Notes under the pieces: model-generated
The model's input: only the letters and a program-made list of their open reading frames with translations
Database searches by the model: none
Told to the model about the DNA's origin: nothing
Source: Eubacterium sp.
Lineage (GTDB): Bacteria > Bacillota > Clostridia > Christensenellales > CAG-314
Direction: 5' to 3'
Length of the DNA stretch: 64,000 nt
NCBI GenBank assembly: GCA_963653425.1
Contig: CAVJWC010000001.1
Location: 151,430 to 215,429, forward strand
Part shown: in pieces, positions 8,887 through 17,345 of the stretch
Layout of the letters: each line of letters starts with the position of its first letter
Numbering within the stretch: position 1 is the first letter of the stretch
Translations under genes and position numbers: made by a program

Positions 8887-8937
8887 CCGATAATGAACGG
8901 CAATGCCGAACGCAAACGATTTTACGATAAATAAAAC

Positions 8938-8976
8938 CAAAACCCGACTTTTTCTTTTTAGTCGGGTTTCTTTTTA
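8938..8976 (+). terminator. rho-independent terminator, 170 nt after the scpB stop
   Basis: AACCCGAC (8941-8948) pairs with GTCGGGTT (8961-8968), followed by TCTTTTT. Confidence 0.75.
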
Positions 8977-9715
8977 TAAAGAACGCTTTACATTGTGATT
9001 TGTAACGCACTATAACTCAAACTGTAATATATTAAATATCAAAATGTAAGTTTATAATTGATTAACTACTGAATATGCAATTACAATTTTACGAAACGAA
9101 CCGAGAGGTAAACTTGTTTTTTACGAAACGAAAGCGGTTAAGCGCGGAGACTTACGTTGAAATTCGATTGAAGTTTGTCTGAACCGAATTCGAAGAAGTT
9201 CCGCAACGGAAAAGTCAGATAAAGAAACTATCAGGGCCACGCCGAAAGCTCAGAAATTCAGGCAAGATCAAAACTGGCTGTAAAATGCATTCTCACAGAA
9301 CACGGAGAGAAAAACGATATAAAATACGGGCGATAAACACGAAGATCAATCGGCTTCGATAAAGAAAAGGCGGATTTTATATATCGAAGGTAAATTCAGA
9401 TTTAAAGGCAAAGTAAATTCGGCAAATCCGATAAAGGAAAAGGAACCGATGAAGAGATAAAGATAAAAAGGAATTCAAGAAAGGAATTTGGAAAAACGAC
9501 CGGACGGAATTCAAGAACGGATAATCGGTTTATAGAATTAAGATAAAATCGGAAATCGGAAATCAGCCGAGAGATTTTATTTAAGGTAAAATTCAATCAA
9601 GATTTATTGAAGGTAAAAATAACGTAAAATCGGACGTAAGCCGAGGAAATTAGTCTAAAATCAGAAAATCAATGAAAATTGAGACGGTAGGCGAAATTAC
9701 GGGCTTTTTTGCACT

Positions 9716-9751
9716 TATATATTCGCAAAAGTATCGTTTTGCGAATATATA
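9716..9751. repeat. perfect 15-bp inverted repeat with 6-bp spacer, function unknown
   Basis: TATATATTCGCAAAA (9716-9730), GTATCG, TTTTGCGAATATATA (9737-9751). Sits where the + strand changes from purine-rich to pyrimidine-rich. Confidence 0.9.
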
Positions 9752-10107
9752 TAGATTGGCTTACGACCTCCCGTTTTTTATATTCTTCCCCCACCGTTTA
9801 TAGTCGGCGCAAAAATTTTACAGCCAAACCGCAAACCGCACGGCAAACGCCCGTACTCCGTTCCCTGCGTATTCCGTACGGGTTCAGGTTCATTATCCGT
9901 ATTCCGGAAGTTCCTGTCTGATAATTAACCTCTAAAACGACTTCACGCAGAAACTAAACTTTCCCGCATTACCGCTAAAATTCTTTCGCGCGGTAAACTC
10001 ACCGTTACTACTAAATTTTTATAACAAACTTTCGGTTGCGGTTTAAGTTTTTCGTGTAGTTTAAGTTCTCTTTCCGTTGCTAATTATCATAGAGACAAAA
10101 ACGCCTG

Positions 10108-10142
10108 AAAAAACGACGCAGTTTCTTTTACCGAGAACTGCG
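10108..10142 (-). terminator. rho-independent terminator after purL
   Basis: On the - strand, CGCAGTT / AACTGCG stem (10117-10123 and 10136-10142) followed by TCGTTTTTTC. Confidence 0.65.
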
Positions 10143-10197
10143 CCGTTAACCGTAACGTCTTTGTTTTTATAAACGTTGTGTTTTCTGTGAAGCCTGC

Positions 10198-13100
10198 TTA
10201 CTTAAAGTATTTTACGCCCGACTTAATAACGGGCATATCGTAGTTTCCGGGGACGTTAAGATAAAGTCCGTTTTCATAACGTTCGGTGTGTCCCATCTTA
10301 CCCAAGACTCTGCCGTCAGGCGAAATCAAGCCTTCGACCGCGTTCATAGAACCGTTGGGATTATAAGGCGATTCCATGGTTATTTTACCGTTTAAATCGA
10401 CGTACTGCGTCGCGATCTGATTTGCCGGGACAAGTTTATCCATTTCTTCTTCCGAGCAAAGAATTCTGCCTTCGCCGTGACTTACGGGAACGGAATAAAC
10501 TTCGTCCTGAGAGCAAAGATTCAGCCACGGAGAATTCGTGGGAGCCACGCGGACACGCACGATCGTGCTTACGTGTCTTGCAATCGTGTTATAGGTAAGC
10601 GTAGGCGATTTTTCCGTCATCGGCATAATCTTTCCGTAAGGAATAAGTCCGAGTTTGATTAAAGCCTGAAAACCGTTGCAAATGCCTAAAATAAGTCCGT
10701 CTCTGTTATAAAGAAGATTATGAACGGCGTCGCTTATCGTTCTGTTGGAGAAGGTCGTAGCAATGAATTTTCCGCTTCCGTCAGGCTCGTCACCGCCCGA
10801 AAAGCCTCCCGGGAAGGCGATAATCTGCGCTTTTTCGACGCGTTTTGCAATTTCTTTGACCGAATATTCGATGTCGTTTGCAGTAATGTTTCTGATTACG
10901 AAAACGTCGCATTCCGCACCGCTTTTTTCAAAAGCTTTCGCCATGTCGTATTCGCAGTTCGTACCCGGGAAAACGGGAATAAACACTCTCGGACGGGCGA
11001 AAGTTCCCGAAGAATGTCTCGTCCGGTTCTGAACCTTAGCGGGCATTTTCAGGTAAGTCAAAGAAGACTGCTTTTTTGTGGGGAAAACGCTTTCCAAGGT
11101 GTCCGTAAAGGCTTTTTCGAGAACGTCGAAATCAATCGCTTTTCCGTTAAGAACGACTTCGTTTCCGCCCAGCGTGCCGTAAAGACGGGCAAAATCGAGG
11201 TTTACAGGCTCTTTCGTTACGAAAAGAATATCGCCGTAACAGGGAGCGAAGTCCTTTTCGGATACGTCGTTTTTAACGAAGCCTACTCTGTTTCCGAGAA
11301 GAGATTTGATTACGGCGGTAAGCGTTCCGCCTTCGTTTACGGTGGTAGCAAAGAGAACGGTTTTCTTCGTTATAAGCCCGTGAAGCTGTTCGTACAAAGC
11401 TTTGAGCGCGTCGAAATCGGGCGTTCCGTTAGCGTTTTTCCTGATTTCCGCACGGTAAACGTATCCGTTGCCGTCGAAAGCGTTGTGAATAAGCGTTCTG
11501 TCGTCGGTTATACCCATTGCGAAAGCTATAAGCGTAGGCGGAACGTCAATGTTTTCGTAAGTTCCGCTCATGCTGTCCTTTCCGCCGATTGCACCCAGTC
11601 CCAGACCGAGCTGAGCCTTAAACGCGCCTAAAAGAGCTTCCACCGGTTCGCCCCATCTCAACGGATCTTTTCCGAGTTTTTTGAAGAATTCCTGAAGCGA
11701 AAGCCTTATCGACTGATAGGGAACGCCCGACGCAACGAGTTTACTTACCGCCCCCACTATCGAATAAATCGCGCCTTCGAAGGGCGAACGTTCGAGTAAA
11801 TCGGTATAAATGCCGTAAGAAGAACAGGTTGCCGTATGCGTAACCGCGTTTCCTACGGGCGGATGAGAAGCCATAATCATAGAGGGCGTAAGCTGATACT
11901 TTCCGCCGAAAGGCATAAGCAGAGTCGCAGCTCCTATTGTGCTGTCGAAAACTTCGCCCAAGCCTTTTTGCGAACAAACGTTGAGCTGTGAAAGCGCGGA
12001 TAAAAGACGGTCTTTGACTTCATCTGCCGAAAGTTCCTTTTCGTTAAAAGCAAAGAAATTGTCCGAGTTGTCTTCTATAACCACGTCCGTATGTTGCAAA
12101 ACGCCGTTGGTATCGAGGAATTCTCTGCTTAAATCGCAGACGACTTCGCCTTTATAGGACATTTTCAGTTTTGCTTCCTTGGTAACTTCCGCAACTTTAT
12201 TGGCTTTGATATTTTCGGAAGAAGCAAGTTCTCTGAATCTGTCGTAATTTTCGGGTTTAATAACGACAGCCATTCTTTCCTGACTTTCGCTTATAGCAAG
12301 TTCCGTAGCGGAAAGACCTTCGTATTTTTTCGTAACGTTTTCGAGTCTGATGTCAAGTCCCGCGGCAAGTTCGCCTATGGCGACGGATACTCCGCCCGCG
12401 CCGAAGTCGTTGCAACGGATAATCATCCGCGCTACTTCGGGATTACGGAAAAGACGCTGAATTTTTCTTTCTTCGGGAGCGTTGCCCTTCTGAACCTCCG
12501 CTCCGCTCTTGCCGACGCTTTCAGCCGTATGGGATTTACTGCTTCCTGTTGCTCCTCCGCATCCGTCGCGTCCCGTGTCTCCGCCGAGAAGAACGACTAT
12601 ATCGCCTGCCTCGGGCGTTTCTCTTATTACGTTGCACTTTCTGGCTCCGCCGATAACGTAACCCGCTTCCAGACGTTTTGCAACGTATCTGTCGTTATAA
12701 ACTTCGCGGACGATACCCGTAGCGAGACCTATCTGGTTGCCGTAAGAAGAAAAACCGTTAAGAGCCGTTTTCGTCAGGACTTTCTGCGGAAGTTTACCGG
12801 GGATGGTTTCTTTGGTATCTTTAAGAGGATTGCCTGCGCCCGTTACTCTCATCGCCTGATAAACGTAACTTCTTCCGCTCAGAGGATCTCTTATGGCTCC
12901 GCCTATACAGGTAGCCGCTCCGCCGAAAGGTTCGATTTCCGTCGGGTGATTGTGAGTTTCGTTCTTGAACATTATGAGCCAGTCTTCGTAAACTCCGTCA
13001 ACGTCTACTTTGACCGTTACCGAGCAGGCGTTGATTTCGTCGCTTTTGTCGAGATTATCGAGTTTTCCGTCTTTTACGAGCTTTTTGACGGCGATCGTAG

Positions 13101-13908
13101 CAACGTCCATAAGACAGCGGTATTTATCCTTTCTGCCCGAGTAAAGTTCGTTAAAAAGACTTTCGTATTCCTTTTCTGCAAGCTCTATATCGCTGTTTTT
13201 GCCGTGAATAACCACGGAATCGAGTTTCGTAAGGAAAGTCGTGTGTCTGCAATGGTCGCTCCAATAGGTATCTATAACCCTGAGTTCGGTTTCGGTAGGC
13301 TGTCTTTTTTCGGAAAGGAAATAGTTCTGCACGAAAAGCATATCTTCGAAAGACATAGCAAATCCGTTAGCCGAATAAAAATCTCTGAGCTTACTTTCGG
13401 ACATTTCCGTAAAACCGTCTATTTCTACTCTCATTTTATCGGGAGCGCGATGGATAGCTTCGAGCGTTTCGGGCAAATCGAAAGAGCCTTCGCGACTGTC
13501 TACGGGGTTTATCAGATATTTTTTGACGGTAAGAAGCTGACTGTCGCTTATTCCCGTAAAGAAATAAACCGTGGCGCATTTTACGATTGGTCTTTTACCG
13601 CCTAAAAGAAGCTGAACGCACTGCATTGCGCTGTCTGCGCGCTGATCGAACTGTCCGTCCTGATATTCCACGACGAAAGCTTTCGTTCCTTCGGGGAAAG
13701 AAAGCTCGGTAAAAAGATCGTCTACGGGCGCTTCGCAGAAAATCGAACGCGCCGTTCTGAGTTCTTCCTCGGTAATTCCCTGAACGTCGTAACGCAGAAT
13801 TTTCCCGGCAAAAGTCGGAGAAAATCCGAACAGACCGTTGATTTCGGCAATCAACTTATCCGAAGTGGCTTGTTTTTCTTTCTTTTCTATATATAATCTG
13901 AAAACCAT
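10198..13908 (-). CDS. purL: phosphoribosylformylglycinamidine synthase, single-chain form
   Basis: About 1236 aa. The C-terminal glutamine amidotransferase part has GICNGFQ and the central part is AIR-synthase-like. Start at ATG 13908 after GGGAGA. The ORF track extends to 13938. Confidence 0.95.
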   Translation of the reverse strand: MVFRLYIEKKEKQATSDKLIAEINGLFGFSPTFAGKILRYDVQGITEEELRTARSIFCEAPVDDLFTELSFPEGTKAFVVEYQDGQFDQRADSAMQCVQLLLGGKRPIVKCATVYFFTGISDSQLLTVKKYLINPVDSREGSFDLPETLEAIHRAPDKMRVEIDGFTEMSESKLRDFYSANGFAMSFEDMLFVQNYFLSEKRQPTETELRVIDTYWSDHCRHTTFLTKLDSVVIHGKNSDIELAEKEYESLFNELYSGRKDKYRCLMDVATIAVKKLVKDGKLDNLDKSDEINACSVTVKVDVDGVYEDWLIMFKNETHNHPTEIEPFGGAATCIGGAIRDPLSGRSYVYQAMRVTGAGNPLKDTKETIPGKLPQKVLTKTALNGFSSYGNQIGLATGIVREVYNDRYVAKRLEAGYVIGGARKCNVIRETPEAGDIVVLLGGDTGRDGCGGATGSSKSHTAESVGKSGAEVQKGNAPEERKIQRLFRNPEVARMIIRCNDFGAGGVSVAIGELAAGLDIRLENVTKKYEGLSATELAISESQERMAVVIKPENYDRFRELASSENIKANKVAEVTKEAKLKMSYKGEVVCDLSREFLDTNGVLQHTDVVIEDNSDNFFAFNEKELSADEVKDRLLSALSQLNVCSQKGLGEVFDSTIGAATLLMPFGGKYQLTPSMIMASHPPVGNAVTHTATCSSYGIYTDLLERSPFEGAIYSIVGAVSKLVASGVPYQSIRLSLQEFFKKLGKDPLRWGEPVEALLGAFKAQLGLGLGAIGGKDSMSGTYENIDVPPTLIAFAMGITDDRTLIHNAFDGNGYVYRAEIRKNANGTPDFDALKALYEQLHGLITKKTVLFATTVNEGGTLTAVIKSLLGNRVGFVKNDVSEKDFAPCYGDILFVTKEPVNLDFARLYGTLGGNEVVLNGKAIDFDVLEKAFTDTLESVFPTKKQSSLTYLKMPAKVQNRTRHSSGTFARPRVFIPVFPGTNCEYDMAKAFEKSGAECDVFVIRNITANDIEYSVKEIAKRVEKAQIIAFPGGFSGGDEPDGSGKFIATTFSNRTISDAVHNLLYNRDGLILGICNGFQALIKLGLIPYGKIMPMTEKSPTLTYNTIARHVSTIVRVRVAPTNSPWLNLCSQDEVYSVPVSHGEGRILCSEEEMDKLVPANQIATQYVDLNGKITMESPYNPNGSMNAVEGLISPDGRVLGKMGHTERYENGLYLNVPGNYDMPVIKSGVKYFK

Positions 13909-13928
13909 TGTATTTCTCCCGTTATTTC

Positions 13929-15188
13929 TTAAAGGCAAAGACCTATATCGTTTCTTTTCCGCATATCCTTAAAGCTTATTTTCTCCGATTCGGCGTAAGC
14001 CTTTTCTTTTGCTTCGGAAAGAGTCTTGCCTTTTGCGACGACGCAGAACACTCTTCCGCCGTTAGTGACCAATTCGCCGTTGTTTATCGCCGTTCCCGCA
14101 TGGAAAAGGATGGCTCCGTCTATTTTTCCTACGGAAATCGGATAGCCTTTTTTAACGTTGGTCGGATACCCTCCGCTTGCAATAACGACTCCCGCGCAAG
14201 CCGAGTCTTCCCACTCTATATCGATTTTATCGAGCGTTCCGTTTATTACGGCGAGCATTATTTCGACGAGATCGGTTTTAAGAAGAGGCAGGATAACCTG
14301 AGTTTCGGGATCTCCGAAACGCGCGTTGTATTCGAGAACTTTAGCCCTTCCGTTTTCTGCCATAAGTCCGAAATAAAGCACGCCCCTGAACAATCTGCCC
14401 TCTTCTCTCAAAGCGTTTATCGTAGGCTCGATAATCTCTTTTACGGCGAAGTTTTTAAGAGCTTCCGTAAAGTAAGGCGAAGGAGTAATAGCGCCCATTC
14501 CGCCCGTATTGGGACCTTTATCGCCGTCAAAGGCTTTTTTGTGGTCCTGAGAAGACGGCATAAGCGAATAATGAACTCCGTCGGTGAATACGAAAAGCGA
14601 CATTTCCTTACCCGTAAGGAATTCTTCGATAACGACTTTGTTGCCTGCGCTCTTAAAAACTTTGAGCATCATCATTTCTTCGAGAGCTTTTTCGGCTTCA
14701 GAAACGTCGTTACAGATAATTACGCCTTTTCCGAGAGCCAGTCCGTCGGCTTTAACAACCAGCGGATAAGAGGCTTTTTTAACGTAAGCACGCGCCGAAT
14801 CGTAATCGTCGAAGACTTCGTAAGCTGCCGTAGGAATGCAGTTGCGTTTCATAAAATCTTTTGCGAAAGCCTTGCTCGCTTCTATTTCTGCGGCGTTTTT
14901 TTGGGGACCGAAGGCGAGAATTCCGTTTGCGTTAAGTAAATCCACCAATCCCATAGCCAAAGGATCGTCGGGCGTAACGAAAACGAGGTTAACGTCGTTC
15001 TTTTTAACAAAATCGAGAATACCGTCAAGGTCGGTTGCCTGTACGGGAACGCACTCCGCTATTTCCGAAATTCCCGCGTTTCCGGGGAGACAAAACAGCC
15101 TGTTTAAGCGATTGCTTTTTTTAAGAGCGTAACAAACCGCGTGTTCTCTTCCGCCCGAACCGATTACCGCTACGTTATATTTTTCCAT
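13929..15188 (-). CDS. purD: phosphoribosylamine--glycine ligase
   Basis: MEKYNVAVIGSGGREHA N terminus and ATP-grasp core. GGAGGAAAAA precedes ATG 15188. Confidence 0.95.
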   Translation of the reverse strand: MEKYNVAVIGSGGREHAVCYALKKSNRLNRLFCLPGNAGISEIAECVPVQATDLDGILDFVKKNDVNLVFVTPDDPLAMGLVDLLNANGILAFGPQKNAAEIEASKAFAKDFMKRNCIPTAAYEVFDDYDSARAYVKKASYPLVVKADGLALGKGVIICNDVSEAEKALEEMMMLKVFKSAGNKVVIEEFLTGKEMSLFVFTDGVHYSLMPSSQDHKKAFDGDKGPNTGGMGAITPSPYFTEALKNFAVKEIIEPTINALREEGRLFRGVLYFGLMAENGRAKVLEYNARFGDPETQVILPLLKTDLVEIMLAVINGTLDKIDIEWEDSACAGVVIASGGYPTNVKKGYPISVGKIDGAILFHAGTAINNGELVTNGGRVFCVVAKGKTLSEAKEKAYAESEKISFKDMRKRNDIGLCL

Positions 15189-15211
15189 TTTTTCCTCCGA
15201 ATTCAAGGCAA

Positions 15212-16738
15212 TCAATGTCTGAAATGTCTTATTCCAGTCATAACCATAGTTATGCCGAATTTATCTGCCGCTTCTACGCTCAGAGCGTCGTTTTTACTTC
15301 CGCCCGGATGAGCAACCGCGCTTATTCCGGCAGCTGCGGCGGTTTCCACGCAGTCGCTGAACGGGAAGAACGCGTCCGATACCATAACCGCGCCTTCCAC
15401 GCCTTTAAGAGAATGCTCTATGGCTTGTCTGGTCGCCCAGATTCTGTTGGTCTGACCTATTCCTATACCCAGAGTAGCTCCGTTTTTAACTACGACTATG
15501 GCGTTGGATTTACAGTGTTTTACGACTTTCATTCCGAATTCCATATCGTTAAGCTGAGATTCCGTGGGCTGAACTTTGGTTACGACGTTAAAGTTTTCGA
15601 TAAGTTTATCGTCGGTACTCTGAAGAATAATTCCGCCGTTTACGCGCTTGAAGTCGGTTTTTGCGGTGTTATTCATAATATCTTTGATTCTGAGAATTCT
15701 GAGGTTGGTCTTGGCTGTAAGAATGGCAAGAGCTTCGTCGGTGTAATCGGGCGCTATGATGATTTCAAGGAAAATCTTAGCCATTTCCGCCGCCGTTTCT
15801 CTGTCCACCGTTCTGTTGAGCGCTACTATTCCGCCGAAAATGGAAACGGGATCGCATTCGTAGGCTTTCATATAGGCGTCGTATATATTCGCTCCTTCAG
15901 CCGCTCCGCAGGGATTGGAATGTTTTACCGCAACCGCAGCCGGACGACTGAACTCACGGATAAGCGCAAGCGCGCCGTTGGCGTCGTTTATGTTATTGTA
16001 AGAAAGCTGTTTTCCGTTGAGTTGCTCGGCGTTTATAAGATCGGACGGATGAGATATAATATCCTTATAAACCGCTCCCGACTGATGAGGATTTTCTCCG
16101 TAACGCAGTTCCGCGGATTTTTCAAAAGCCATGGTAAGAATGTCGGGATATGTAATACCGAGGTCGCCTGCAAGGTAATTGCTGATCATAGAGTCGTAAG
16201 CCGCTGTATGCGAGAAAACCTTAAACATAAGATATTCTCTGAATTTAAGGTCTTTTTCGCCCGTTTCGAGCTGAGAAAAGGCTTTTTCGTAATCCTTGGG
16301 ATCTACGAGAACGATTACGTCCTTATAGTTTTTAGCAGCGGCTCTCAGCATGGACGGTCCGCCTATATCGATGTTTTCCACCGCGTCCGCAAAGGTAGAT
16401 TCGGGATTGGTTATAGTCTTTTTGAAAGGATAAAGGTTGACAATAACTACGTCTATGGGTGAAATGTTTAACGAATCGAGAGTTTTCATATGTTCGGGAT
16501 TATCGCGCATGGCAAGAATACCCGCGTGTACGCAAGGATGAAGAGTTTTTACTCTTCCGTCAAGACATTCGGGGAACCCCGTTATATCGGAAACGCCCGT
16601 AACGGCAATTCCGTTTTCTTTAAGAAGTTTATACGTTCCGCCCGTACTTATTATCTCGTAACCCATTTTTTCGAGACGTCTTGCGGCGTCCGTTATTCCC
16701 GTTTTATCGGATACGCTTATAATTGCTCTTTTTTTCAT
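15212..16738 (-). CDS. purH: bifunctional AICAR formyltransferase / IMP cyclohydrolase
   Basis: MKKRAIISVSDKTG (MGS-like domain) plus the AICARFT domain. Ends ...GIRHFRH. Confidence 0.95.
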   Translation of the reverse strand: MKKRAIISVSDKTGITDAARRLEKMGYEIISTGGTYKLLKENGIAVTGVSDITGFPECLDGRVKTLHPCVHAGILAMRDNPEHMKTLDSLNISPIDVVIVNLYPFKKTITNPESTFADAVENIDIGGPSMLRAAAKNYKDVIVLVDPKDYEKAFSQLETGEKDLKFREYLMFKVFSHTAAYDSMISNYLAGDLGITYPDILTMAFEKSAELRYGENPHQSGAVYKDIISHPSDLINAEQLNGKQLSYNNINDANGALALIREFSRPAAVAVKHSNPCGAAEGANIYDAYMKAYECDPVSIFGGIVALNRTVDRETAAEMAKIFLEIIIAPDYTDEALAILTAKTNLRILRIKDIMNNTAKTDFKRVNGGIILQSTDDKLIENFNVVTKVQPTESQLNDMEFGMKVVKHCKSNAIVVVKNGATLGIGIGQTNRIWATRQAIEHSLKGVEGAVMVSDAFFPFSDCVETAAAAGISAVAHPGGSKNDALSVEAADKFGITMVMTGIRHFRH

Positions 16739-16760
16739 TATGCACCTCACGTTTACTGTT

Positions 16761-17345
16761 TTATTTGGGATTGACTATCTCAGCCACGACTTCGGGCAGA
16801 ACTTTATGTTCCACCGCAAGAACTCTTTGCTGTAAAATTTCGGGCGTATCTCCCTCTGAAACGGGAACTTTTTCCTGTCTTATAATTTCGCCCGTGTCCG
16901 CGCCTTCGTCCACGTAATGAACGGTTACGCCCGTTTCTTTATCGCCCGACGCAATAACCGATTCGTGAACTTTTAGTCCGTAGAATCCTTTTCCGCAATG
17001 CTTCGGAATAAGCGAAGGATGAATGTTTATGATTTTGCCTCTGAATCTGTCTACGACTTTTGGCGGAAGAATATTTATATAGCCCGCCAGAACGATTAAA
17101 TCGGGGTTAAAATCGCCGAGAACTTCAAGCATTTCGGAATATCTTTCTTCTTTATCTGGGAAATCTTCTTTGGTTATCGCGATAAAGGGAATATTGTGTT
17201 TTTCCGCTCTTTTCTCGGCGTATACGCCCTTTTTAGAAGAAATCACGGCTTGAATTTTTGCTTTAATCAAGCCGTTTTCCACTCCGTCGATAATACTTTG
17301 CAGGTCGGTTCCTCCGCCCGAAACGCATACGACTATGTTTTTCAT
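16761..17345 (-). CDS. purN: phosphoribosylglycinamide formyltransferase
   Basis: MKNIVVCVSGGGTDLQ...NIHPSLIP motif. ATGA overlap with the purM stop. Confidence 0.95.
   Translation of the reverse strand: MKNIVVCVSGGGTDLQSIIDGVENGLIKAKIQAVISSKKGVYAEKRAEKHNIPFIAITKEDFPDKEERYSEMLEVLGDFNPDLIVLAGYINILPPKVVDRFRGKIINIHPSLIPKHCGKGFYGLKVHESVIASGDKETGVTVHYVDEGADTGEIIRQEKVPVSEGDTPEILQQRVLAVEHKVLPEVVAEIVNPK

Noticed and set aside
9146-9647. About 18 GGA motifs in 500 nt, considered as a CsrB-like CsrA-sponge RNA.
   Set aside because: With roughly 45 percent A and 25 percent G in this tract, the expected number of GGA triplets is about 14, so there is no real enrichment. The purine-rich sequence also cannot form the hairpin loops that present GGA in Csr/Rsm RNAs.
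9402-9921. Track ORFs 9402-9596 (-, 64 aa) and 9709-9921 (+, 70 aa).
   Set aside because: They have no SD and low-complexity composition dictated by the skewed DNA. The second one begins inside the 15-6-15 palindrome. Neither has a recognisable family.
8977-10100. CRISPR array, tRNA or large ornate ncRNA (OLE, GOLLD or ROOL-like) in the ORF-free zone.
   Set aside because: There are no regularly spaced repeats of 24-40 nt with unique spacers. There is no GGTTCGAATCC-type T-loop or cloverleaf. The strong purine-pyrimidine asymmetry is incompatible with the extensive base pairing of ornate RNAs.
13909-13938. N-terminal extensions given by the ORF track for purL, purD (to 15215), purH (to 16750), purN (to 17372), purE (to 21070), rpsU (to 43441), rsmE (to 45889), dac (to 48949), recA (to 50603) and thyA (to 63700).
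   Set aside because: In each case an internal ATG preceded by a GGAGG-like SD reproduces the conserved family N terminus and removes overlaps with the upstream gene.
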